Shown piece by piece: positions 52,522 through 60,493 of a stretch of DNA of 64,000 bases (positions are counted from its first letter, which is position 1; every line of letters begins with the position of its first letter). A program made the translations under genes and the position numbers. The DNA lies in NCBI GenBank assembly GCA_028689875.1, contig JAQVCG010000001.1:3557-67556 (forward strand), read 5' to 3'. Source of the stretch: Candidatus Rifleibacteriota bacterium. Lineage in GTDB: Bacteria > Muiribacteriota > Ozemobacteria > Ozemobacterales > Ozemobacteraceae. The notes under the pieces are model-generated. The model ran no database searches and was not told where the DNA came from. It worked only from the letters and a program-made list of their open reading frames with translations.

Positions 52522-52525
52522 AATT

Positions 52526-53053
52526 TTGAAGCACAGTAATATAAAAGTAATTACCGAATGCGGAATGTTAATGGCTACCGCTTTGGCTTTGTCTTATTTT
52601 AAACTTTTTCAAATGCCCGGCGGCGGCTCAATATCTTTCAGCTGTTTGCCGTTGTTCTTATTGGCGGCACGTCATGGCGTTTACAGGGGCGTTGCGTGTT
52701 GCGGACTTTATGGATTATTGCTTTTAATAAATAGTCCGACAATATTACACCCGATACAATTTCTTTTAGATTATCCGCTTGCTTATGCGACCATAGGCCT
52801 TAGCGGAGCAGTAATATGGAACACTCCCCTAAAAGCAGTAACGGCAACGACCGTTGCAAACTTTATTCGTTTGCATTTTCATGTCGTCGCCGGTGCTGTA
52901 TACTTTTCAGCAGATAGTAATACTGCTAAACAGGCGCTTATAGCGAGCTACGCCTACAATTTAAGCCATTTGTTTCCCGAAATAATTATAAGCGCGTTAT
53001 TCGCATTCTTTTTAATTAAAAATCAAAGAAGACTCTGCGAAAGACAACGCTGA
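52526..53053 (+). CDS. ThiT/YuaJ-like thiamine transporter (ECF S-component-like membrane protein)
   Basis: VITECGMLMATALALSYFKLFQMPGGGSISFSCLPLFLLAARHGVYRG matches the YuaJ/ThiT N-terminal pattern (..GGSI.....P......R.G). 6 TM. Start placed at TTG 52526, 4 nt after the ddl stop. The track's ATG 52457 would overlap ddl by 65 nt. Confidence 0.6.
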   Translation: MKHSNIKVITECGMLMATALALSYFKLFQMPGGGSISFSCLPLFLLAARHGVYRGVACCGLYGLLLLINSPTILHPIQFLLDYPLAYATIGLSGAVIWNTPLKAVTATTVANFIRLHFHVVAGAVYFSADSNTAKQALIASYAYNLSHLFPEIIISALFAFFLIKNQRRLCERQR

Positions 53054-53072
53054 CAACTACTTTAGCAAACAA

Positions 53073-53261
53073 TTATGCTGTAACTACTTTATCACTGCCA
53101 AGACAGCGAGTGCAAATATAACCGCGAACACGGCTACCATTGAGAAGCACACGTTTTCTCTGGAGGTTAACGCTCCAGCGTCTTTTTGTGCGATGATGTG
53201 AGTGGCTCAGCTTGAAACCAACCTGCGGTCCACGATTGCAAACCATACATGTTCTAGACAT
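53073..53261 (-). CDS. rpmB: 50S ribosomal protein L28
   Basis: 62 aa. MSRTCMVCNRGPQVGFKLSHSHHRTKRRWSVNLQ... is the classic L28 sequence. GGAGG SD. Confidence 0.95.
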   Translation of the reverse strand: MSRTCMVCNRGPQVGFKLSHSHHRTKRRWSVNLQRKRVLLNGSRVRGYICTRCLGSDKVVTA

Positions 53262-53403
53262 TTTAAAACCTCCGAAATAGGGCCAATTGAGCTTTGACTA
53301 TACCACATCTGTAAAATCTTGGCAAGTCTTTTTTAAAAATCTCATGTACACAATTTTTAAAAGTCTGCTAATTGGTGAATGTATTTAAGCCGATACAGAG
53401 TGT

Positions 53404-55182
53404 ATGAAAAAGATTAAAACTAATTATTCGGCTCTATTGTCGATTGTTATCGGAATACTAATAATCTTGGGTGCATCAGGTTGCACTTCTGACGCTACCT
53501 TAAGAAACCCTGTCTCTGCGGAAAAAGAAGCAGAAGGAGACAGAGGAGGCGATATAGCGAGCACAACCGCGACCCTAATTCCCATAATAAACATTCTATT
53601 AGACTCAACACGCGTTAACACGGGAGAAGAAATAAATCTACGAATTGAAGCTGTAGACCCTTCGGGCGGCACATTAGATTATGCTTGGAGCGCTAACGAA
53701 GGGACTCTTGTAAGAGCAGACTCAGAAATAGCGGTTTGGCAAGCCCCTCAACACAGCGCAAAAGCCTTGTTAACTTGCAAAGCCACAGACATAAGGGGCA
53801 AAATGGGCTCAGCAACGGTCGAAATAACTGTTGTGGGCAAAACACTTTATGAAATAAAAGTTTTGGGTGACAGAAGTTCTTTATTTGTAAATTCGAACTC
53901 ATATACAATTGGTGATTTTGCGCCGTTAGGCGGAGCAAAAATTGAAGTCGAGGGCATGGATATTTCTCAGCTGACTGACACGGCAGGAAAAGCTGTTTTA
54001 AGTCTTGACTCAGAAAAATTAGGCAAGAATGCGAAAATCAGAGTTAGCTATCAAAACTGGGATCTCCTTTATGAAACATTGTTTCCGGCTCAAGAGGGAG
54101 ACAACCGATCTGATGAGTTAATATTTTCGCCGAATTTTCAGGGACTTACGGTAGCAATGGGCACAGGGAACGCATTTTCCCCTAAGTATGGTATGATTGA
54201 GGTTGCGCCGGTAGAACTTGGCACAGGCCTACTCACGGCAATTCCTGAAGTATGCGTCAATGCTGGCACCGAATCGGGTTACACCGACATGAATAACTTA
54301 AGAGTTGCGGTTTCGGCCCAAAGATTCGGTCCGGAAATTTCTTTGAGCTTATCTAAGCCAGGATACCAGACCATAGAAAACACTTCGGTTCCGGTGGCTT
54401 CGTCTTATGCAACTATCGTATTAGCAAAAATGCTGAAAAACGGCGCGAGCACGACTATTGAGCCTTCAATATCCGCTATAAAACCTTACAAATACAATCA
54501 AAGCGTAGCGGTAACGAGTCCGATCGAAATTGTTTTTGCGCAGCCGATGGCAAGAGACAGTATTTTTAATGATTTTGAAGTAATAGTTACTAACAAAAAT
54601 ACCAACGAGATTGTAGGATTAAACGGCTCAGATATAAGCAAAAAGGCAACAATAGAATGGAAAAATGACACAACCCTGGTATTGCGGCCCATAAACAGCT
54701 TTACATCTCAAAGCATTTACTCGTTTAATATTAAAAAATGGAATGCTTACTCTATTGATGGGCGCAAGCTCAAGAGTTATGCGGGATTGTATCACGAGTT
54801 TACAACTGCTTCAGATCCGGTGCCGATGGTAACTTCTTTTGTTCCGGTTAATGGAAGTTCAAACGTAAGGCGTAACGGGCCTTTTGCCATTAACTTTGAT
54901 GTTCCGATAAACCCAAACAGCATATACGATGATTTATCGATAGAACTGGTCAATAAAGATATCAACAGCACAACAACACTTACAGAAACAAATGTCGACT
55001 CTTTCTTTTCTATAACCTGGACAAATCAAAACAAGACCGTGGAATTCGTTCCCGTAAATGCTTTAGATGCTTTTTGTGATTATACTTTGAGATTCAACAA
55101 ATTAGCAGTTAAATCTATGACCGGCAAAACAGCAACTGGCATTAACTACACTTGGTTAGGCTTTTCAACCGGCGGCATGTAA
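53404..55182 (+). CDS. Surface/periplasmic lipoprotein with Ig-like (Big/SbsA Big_5-type) domains
   Basis: 592 aa. Lipobox ILGASGC. Two C-terminal SbsA-Ig-like units (SAIKPYKYNQSVAVTSPIEIVFAQPMARDSI and VTSFVPVNGSSNVRRNGPFAINFDVPINPNSI). Confidence 0.7.
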   Translation: MKKIKTNYSALLSIVIGILIILGASGCTSDATLRNPVSAEKEAEGDRGGDIASTTATLIPIINILLDSTRVNTGEEINLRIEAVDPSGGTLDYAWSANEGTLVRADSEIAVWQAPQHSAKALLTCKATDIRGKMGSATVEITVVGKTLYEIKVLGDRSSLFVNSNSYTIGDFAPLGGAKIEVEGMDISQLTDTAGKAVLSLDSEKLGKNAKIRVSYQNWDLLYETLFPAQEGDNRSDELIFSPNFQGLTVAMGTGNAFSPKYGMIEVAPVELGTGLLTAIPEVCVNAGTESGYTDMNNLRVAVSAQRFGPEISLSLSKPGYQTIENTSVPVASSYATIVLAKMLKNGASTTIEPSISAIKPYKYNQSVAVTSPIEIVFAQPMARDSIFNDFEVIVTNKNTNEIVGLNGSDISKKATIEWKNDTTLVLRPINSFTSQSIYSFNIKKWNAYSIDGRKLKSYAGLYHEFTTASDPVPMVTSFVPVNGSSNVRRNGPFAINFDVPINPNSIYDDLSIELVNKDINSTTTLTETNVDSFFSITWTNQNKTVEFVPVNALDAFCDYTLRFNKLAVKSMTGKTATGINYTWLGFSTGGM

Positions 55183-56466
55183 AGAAGCCTTAAGCGCTTC
55201 TTTTGCAGCGGCAGCGGTTTTCTCAATGTCTTCATCAGAGTGAGTTATTGAAACAAACGCCGCTTCAAACTGAGATGGAGCAAGGTAGATTCCGCGTTTA
55301 AGCATCTGGTTAAACCATTCTGCAAAAAGCTTTAAGTTTGATTTTTTTGCAGATTCGTAGTCTGTAACCTCGTTTTCGGTAAAAAAGACAGTCATCATTG
55401 ATCCGAATCTATTTAAAGCGACTTTTACGCCATTATCTTCTGCGGCTTTTCTAAAAGCTGCCTCGACTGATTTGCTTTTAAGTCCAAGGTCATCGTAGAA
55501 AGCGGGAATGCTTTTAATTTTTTTAAGGGTAGCCGTGCCGGCTGCTACTGCAATGGGGTTTCCGGAGAGGGTTCCGGCTTGATAAACCGGGCCATCGGGC
55601 GAAACGCAAGCCATAATATCGGCTTTTCCCCCATATACAGCGAGAGGCATGCCGCCACCAACTATTTTACCCAAGCAAGTTATGTCAGGCTCAATTTTTT
55701 CAATTTTGCTAACTCCGCCAAAACAAGCCCTAAATCCGGTCATGACTTCGTCAAAAATTAATAGCGCGTTATGTTGCGTGCATAATTTTCTTAATGAGGC
55801 AAGATAGTTTTTTTGAGGCAATACTACGCCCATGTTGCCGCATACAGGTTCTATTATTACACAAGCGATTTGGTTCTGATATTTTTCAAAGCATATTTCG
55901 AGCGCCTTTACATCGTTAAAGGGCACTACGAGAGTATTATTAGCGACAGTATCAGGAATTCCGGGACAGCCCGGAGCCACGAAGGTTGCTACGCCCGAAC
56001 CGGCTGAAACTAGGACAGAATCACCGTGTCCGTGATAAGCACCATCGATTTTAATTATCAGATTCTTACGCGTATAACCGCGTGCAAGCCTTATGGCAGA
56101 CATTGTTGCTTCAGTTCCGGAACTGACAAAACGCATTTTTTCAATATTGGGAAAAGCCTCTTTGATTAACTCTGCCAATTCTGTTTCTGCTTGAGTGGGA
56201 GCACCAAAACTCAAGCCTTTTTCTGCTGCTCTGCAAACGGCTTCAACCACATCTTGGTCGGCATGTCCAAGGATCATTGGCCCCCAAGAACCGACGTAAT
56301 CTATGTAAGAAATATCGCTAATTGAAGTTATGTGGCTTTTGTAAGCAGACTTGATAAAAACAGGATTCGAACCGACGGCTTTAAAAGCTCTTACAGGGCT
56401 ATTAACTCCGCCTGGAAAACAGTTTAGAGCACGCTTAAACGCATTATTTTCAATATTTTCAGTCAT
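55165..56466 (-). CDS. hemL: Glutamate-1-semialdehyde 2,1-aminomutase
   Basis: 433 aa. PGGVNSPVRAF, FVSSGTEATMSAIRLARG, DEVMTGFR, and the PLP-Lys context CLGKIVGGG. Confidence 0.96.
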   Translation of the reverse strand: MTENIENNAFKRALNCFPGGVNSPVRAFKAVGSNPVFIKSAYKSHITSISDISYIDYVGSWGPMILGHADQDVVEAVCRAAEKGLSFGAPTQAETELAELIKEAFPNIEKMRFVSSGTEATMSAIRLARGYTRKNLIIKIDGAYHGHGDSVLVSAGSGVATFVAPGCPGIPDTVANNTLVVPFNDVKALEICFEKYQNQIACVIIEPVCGNMGVVLPQKNYLASLRKLCTQHNALLIFDEVMTGFRACFGGVSKIEKIEPDITCLGKIVGGGMPLAVYGGKADIMACVSPDGPVYQAGTLSGNPIAVAAGTATLKKIKSIPAFYDDLGLKSKSVEAAFRKAAEDNGVKVALNRFGSMMTVFFTENEVTDYESAKKSNLKLFAEWFNQMLKRGIYLAPSQFEAAFVSITHSDEDIEKTAAAAKEALKASLHAAG

Positions 56467-56926
56467 TAAAATACCGCATTGAAGTTTTTTTGAATTCTTT
56501 TTGAGTTCTATAAACCTTAAAGTTCGATAAATTATGTTTGCTTTTAATGTCTTCTATAAGCTGTTCAAGGTCTTGCTCAGTTTTAGCGTGAACCATTGTA
56601 AAAAGGTTATAGGACCAATTTGGTGGGCACTCTCTTTCGTAACAATGCGAAATTTCGTTCATTTTTGCCAAATCTTCGCCGACTTCTTCGACTTTATCTT
56701 GAGAAACTTGCCATGCAATCAGGGCATTTTCTTCATAGCCAACTTTTTCAGGTCTGACGGCTAAACCGATTCTGCGCACTATTCCAGAGTCCAGAGAGTT
56801 CTTGATTATATCTATTACTTCTTCTTCAGTAATATTCAGTTCTTTGGCAATTCTCGTAAATGGCTTGGTTTCAAGCTTGAATCCGTCTTGTAGTTCACTT
56901 AAAACTTTTTTTGTTTTTGAATCCAT
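56459..56926 (-). CDS. Siroheme decarboxylase subunit (AhbA/AhbB, NirD/H-like AsnC-type)
   Basis: 155 aa. LSELQDGFKLETKPFTRIAKELNITEEEV..., GIVRRIG and ISHCYERE...YNLFTMVHA are hallmark blocks. Overlaps hemL by 8 nt. Confidence 0.8.
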   Translation of the reverse strand: MDSKTKKVLSELQDGFKLETKPFTRIAKELNITEEEVIDIIKNSLDSGIVRRIGLAVRPEKVGYEENALIAWQVSQDKVEEVGEDLAKMNEISHCYERECPPNWSYNLFTMVHAKTEQDLEQLIEDIKSKHNLSNFKVYRTQKEFKKTSMRYFND

Positions 56927-56935
56927 GCTTAACTC

Positions 56936-57379
56936 CTATACATTGACGCGAACCTTGAAGGTTCTTTTCGAGGAAAAAGTCATAATTTCATCTATTTGCG
57001 CTTCCTTTTTGATTTGGGCAAATATTTCCTCGCGTCGTTCTGCTGATCGGGCGATAACAGTAAACCACAAGTTGGGTACACCTTCGCGCAAATAATTGTG
57101 CGTAACTTCGTCGAATTTGTTTATTACCGCCGCAACGGCTTCAACTCGGTCACTAGGCACGTTCACTGCTGCGAGACAACCAATATAACCTAACTTTTTA
57201 CTGTCAAAAAAGGGCCCAAAATGACGTATTGCACCGTCTTGGATCATCCTGGCGATTCTAGAAATTACTGACACTTCGTCCATCCAGATTTTATCGCCGA
57301 TTTCTTTGTAAGGTTCAGATACAAGCGGGAACTTGTCTTGAAGTAATTGTATTATTTCTCGATCTTTTTCGTCCATCAT
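56936..57379 (-). CDS. Siroheme decarboxylase subunit (AhbA/AhbB paralog)
   Basis: IIQLLQDKFPLVSEPYKEIG..., GAIRHFG, VTHNYLREGVPNLWFTVIA. Preferred start is ATG 57379 (AAGGA SD 6 nt upstream). The track start 57427 adds 16 basic residues. Confidence 0.8.
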   Translation of the reverse strand: MMDEKDREIIQLLQDKFPLVSEPYKEIGDKIWMDEVSVISRIARMIQDGAIRHFGPFFDSKKLGYIGCLAAVNVPSDRVEAVAAVINKFDEVTHNYLREGVPNLWFTVIARSAERREEIFAQIKKEAQIDEIMTFSSKRTFKVRVNV

Positions 57380-57463
57380 ATCATTCCTTTTTTTGGCAGG
57401 TCTGCCCATGATACTAGCATATTTCATGTTTGTAAATTTTTTGTTTTTTAATGTTAAATTTTG

Positions 57464-57492
57464 TTGTTAAAAAAATACACCGATGGTATATT
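57464..57492 (+). promoter_or_regulatory. Candidate promoter of dapA-cdaA-cdaR
   Basis: TTGTTA (57464..57469), 17-nt spacer, extended -10 TGgTATATT (57484..57492). GAGGGGG SD at 57519..57525. Confidence 0.45.
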
Positions 57493-57530
57493 TCTTTACA
57501 GAGTTAGAAATACTTCCTGAGGGGGAATAA

Positions 57531-58412
57531 ATGCAGAATAAATCAATACGAGGTTCCCTCGTTGCTTTAGTAACTCCATTTACAAAAGACGGCAGCATTG
57601 ACTACAAAGCCTATGAAGCACTTTTAAAGCTTCACGCAGAATCAAAAACAGACGGACTTGTTATTTGCGGAACCACAGGCGAAGCCGCCACCATGACACT
57701 TGATGAAAAAAAATCACTTTTAAAAATTGCAAAAGATTTTACAAAAGGAAAAACCCCTATAATTTTTGGGACCGGCGGAAATGATACAAGAGCTGTTGTT
57801 TCATTAACAAAAGATGCGGCCTCTTATGGTGCTGATGCTGTTCTGGTAGTAACTCCCTACTACAACAAACCGCCACAAGCAGGCTTAATTGCGCACTACA
57901 AAGCGGTTGCAGCAGCAACAGAGTTACCGGTCATTTTATATAACGTGCCGGGCAGAACCGGCTGCAATATGTTACCTGAAACAGTGCTTGAACTAGCCAA
58001 AATCAAGAATATCGTTGCTGTCAAAGAAGCCTCCGGAAACATAGAACAGACAATGAAAATTATCAGCAAAGCTCCTAAGGGTTTTGGTTTATTTTCGGGC
58101 GAAGATGCCCTAAACTTGCCGATAATGGCATGCGGAGCAATTGGAACCATCTCTGTAACAGCCAATGTCGCACCAAAAATGATGAAACAATTTAATGATG
58201 CTGCTTTGAAAAAGGACTGGGAAACAGCAAAAGAAATTCATTATAAACTGTTTGAATTACATAAGGGGCTCTTCGTAGAAACAAACCCCTTGCCAGCCAA
58301 AGCAGCTCTTATGCTTAAAAAGGTGATTTCAGAGCATACGAGATTGCCTCTTTCAAATCCTTCGCAATCCACGATTGAATTAATAGGCAAGCTCATAAAA
58401 GACATGGAGTAA
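57531..58412 (+). CDS. dapA: 4-hydroxy-tetrahydrodipicolinate synthase
   Basis: 293 aa. GSLVALVTPF, ICGTTGEA, VTPYYNKP, LYNVPGRTG, and the Schiff-base Lys in AVKEASG. Confidence 0.95.
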   Translation: MQNKSIRGSLVALVTPFTKDGSIDYKAYEALLKLHAESKTDGLVICGTTGEAATMTLDEKKSLLKIAKDFTKGKTPIIFGTGGNDTRAVVSLTKDAASYGADAVLVVTPYYNKPPQAGLIAHYKAVAAATELPVILYNVPGRTGCNMLPETVLELAKIKNIVAVKEASGNIEQTMKIISKAPKGFGLFSGEDALNLPIMACGAIGTISVTANVAPKMMKQFNDAALKKDWETAKEIHYKLFELHKGLFVETNPLPAKAALMLKKVISEHTRLPLSNPSQSTIELIGKLIKDME

Positions 58413-58421
58413 TAATAAAAA

Positions 58422-59246
58422 TTGGAACAGTTCAAGCAGATATTTGAATTGCTTGCAGCCATATTTGGTGACATTGGCATAACCGACATATTTGATATTG
58501 TGTTGGTAAGCTACGCTGTATACCGAGCACTTCTGTTTATTGAGGGCACACGCGCGTTCAACTTACTGAAGGGCATCGGAATAATTCTCGTGCTTTATGT
58601 AGTTACCAAAAACATGAATTTTAATACCGTAAGCTGGGTATTGTCGACTGTCTTACCGACAGGTTTTTTAGCTCTTGTGGTTATTTTTCAGCCTGAACTC
58701 AGACGCGCACTCGAAGACATTGGAAAAGGGAAATTTTTAGGAGAACAGCTCATAGCCGAAACTTCAATTTACGAAATGACTGATGAAATATGCAAAACGA
58801 TTGAAAGCTGTTCAAAAAAAAGAGTTGGTGCGCTTATTGTATTTGAACAAGACATTGGCTTAAAAGATTTTATCGAAAATGGCACAACGATGAAATGTAA
58901 AATAAGCTCAGAGTTGCTTAACACCATTTTTATGCCCTTTACGCCTCTTCATGACGGTTCGGTGATCATAAAAGGAGAGCTAATCGAAGCAGCGGGTTGT
59001 TTTTTGCCGACAGCAAGCAACCACAATGAAGTGGCTAAAGAGCTGGGTTCAAGACATAGAGCTGCCATAGGAATAACAGAAATAACAGATGCGGTAGTTT
59101 TTGTTGTCAGCGAAGAAACGGGACAAATTTCAAAAGCCAGAAACGGAAAGCTAGACAGAAACCTAACTATGGATAAGGTGAGAAAGCTGGTTCAGGCATC
59201 ATTTGGCAGGGTTAACAGAAGCAGGGGGATATTCTATAAAAAATGA
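58422..59246 (+). CDS. cdaA: Diadenylate cyclase CdaA (membrane-anchored DisA_N domain)
   Basis: 274 aa. Three N-terminal TM helices. DisA_N motifs GALIVFE, LHDGSVII and GSRHRAAIGITE. TTG start 9 nt after dapA. Confidence 0.9.
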   Translation: MEQFKQIFELLAAIFGDIGITDIFDIVLVSYAVYRALLFIEGTRAFNLLKGIGIILVLYVVTKNMNFNTVSWVLSTVLPTGFLALVVIFQPELRRALEDIGKGKFLGEQLIAETSIYEMTDEICKTIESCSKKRVGALIVFEQDIGLKDFIENGTTMKCKISSELLNTIFMPFTPLHDGSVIIKGELIEAAGCFLPTASNHNEVAKELGSRHRAAIGITEITDAVVFVVSEETGQISKARNGKLDRNLTMDKVRKLVQASFGRVNRSRGIFYKK

Positions 59247-60442
59247 CAGACAGAATATGGCTTAAACTCTTTTCAGTTTTGCTTGCCGTTTTTGCATGGA
59301 TGTATGTAAATCTGGTAGATCCGCCTCAAATTAGGCGTAATGTTGAGTTGCCTGTCGAGTATATCAACACCCCGCCAAATATCAGGATTACTCCGACTAA
59401 GGCTATAACTGTTGTAAGGCTTGAAGGCAACAGAAGAGATTTTATGTATGCCAAATCTTCAAATAGATATGCCCAACTGAGAATTGACTTAAAAAACCTG
59501 AAACCTGGGTCGTTTCGATTACCGGTTGAGGTCTCAAATGTTTTTCCCGGGCTTTCTCCTATTTCATTAAGCCCAGAATTATTGCTTCTTGATGCAGAAA
59601 AAGTTGTTTCAAAAAAAATAAAAGTTTTGGTAGAAGTTTTAGGACAACCTGCTGAAGGCTATTTGGCAGACCCGCCAATTATTGAACCTTCAGAAATAAC
59701 CATATCGGGGCCCCAAGAAATGGTGGAACCCATTACCGAATGTTACGCTGAGATAAACCTAGATAGGGTAAAAAATTCTATAAGTCAAACTCCCGAAGTC
59801 TTGTTTAAAACAACCGGCTCTTTTGATAAATCACGCATAGTTTCAGAGCCCTCAAAGGTCAGAGTTGATGTTGCGGTAAAACAGGGCTATCCAACAAAAT
59901 CAGTTAAAATTTCAAGACCTTCCTTCAGAGGCAAATTGCCTGATGGTAAAAGGTTAGATGCCTACTCTGTAGTTCCACCGGAAGTTTTAATCAGTGGTCC
60001 AAACAGAATAATTGGTCCTGTAAACGAAATATCCTTCAGACCTATAAATTTGTCTCAACTCTATGAAAGCACAAATATACCGGTTTCTATTGAGTTGCCC
60101 AATGAAAAAATCACATTACCCGGAAGTAACACAGTATATTTAGAAGTAAAACTTACGGATATTCCCATAACAAGGACCTATGACGGCTTGCCCTTAGAAA
60201 TAATATCACCTGCAAATAAAACAGTTTATGCATCTGTATCTTCTTATACGTTAGTAATCGAAGGTATGTCTCAAGATTTAGATAAAATTGTAACAAGTAA
60301 TTTAAAAGCTGTGGTTACTATACCGGATACCAGTGAAAATGAGCTTTCAATAAACCTTTCGGCGCCTCTTAATTTACCCGAAAATCTTAAGATAACTGAG
60401 ATTAGACCCGCAACCATCACAGTAAGCCTTCAAAGCCTGTAA
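59243..60442 (+). CDS. cdaR: CdaA regulatory protein CdaR (YbbR-domain protein)
   Basis: 399 aa. N-terminal anchor LKLFSVLLAVFAWMYV followed by four repeated beta-rich YbbR-like modules (...PPEVLISGPNRIIGPVNEI...). 4-nt overlap with cdaA. Confidence 0.8.
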   Translation: MTDRIWLKLFSVLLAVFAWMYVNLVDPPQIRRNVELPVEYINTPPNIRITPTKAITVVRLEGNRRDFMYAKSSNRYAQLRIDLKNLKPGSFRLPVEVSNVFPGLSPISLSPELLLLDAEKVVSKKIKVLVEVLGQPAEGYLADPPIIEPSEITISGPQEMVEPITECYAEINLDRVKNSISQTPEVLFKTTGSFDKSRIVSEPSKVRVDVAVKQGYPTKSVKISRPSFRGKLPDGKRLDAYSVVPPEVLISGPNRIIGPVNEISFRPINLSQLYESTNIPVSIELPNEKITLPGSNTVYLEVKLTDIPITRTYDGLPLEIISPANKTVYASVSSYTLVIEGMSQDLDKIVTSNLKAVVTIPDTSENELSINLSAPLNLPENLKITEIRPATITVSLQSL

Positions 60443-60493
60443 TCAAAGAGATAGTTTATTAGTACAGTAAACCAAAAAGATCGGACGTAAATA

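Noticed and set aside
52457-52525. Track start of the ThiT-like gene, overlapping ddl by 65 nt.
   Set aside because: The extension ([23 protein letters not shown]) is the alternate-frame reading of the ddl C-terminus. The family N-terminus begins near VITECG, so TTG 52526 is preferred, though that start is itself uncertain.
57428-57530. Possible lysine (L-box) riboswitch upstream of dapA.
   Set aside because: The spacer is only 103 nt, is shared with a divergent gene, and is mostly poly-T/A. It is too short and unstructured for a ~180-nt L-box.
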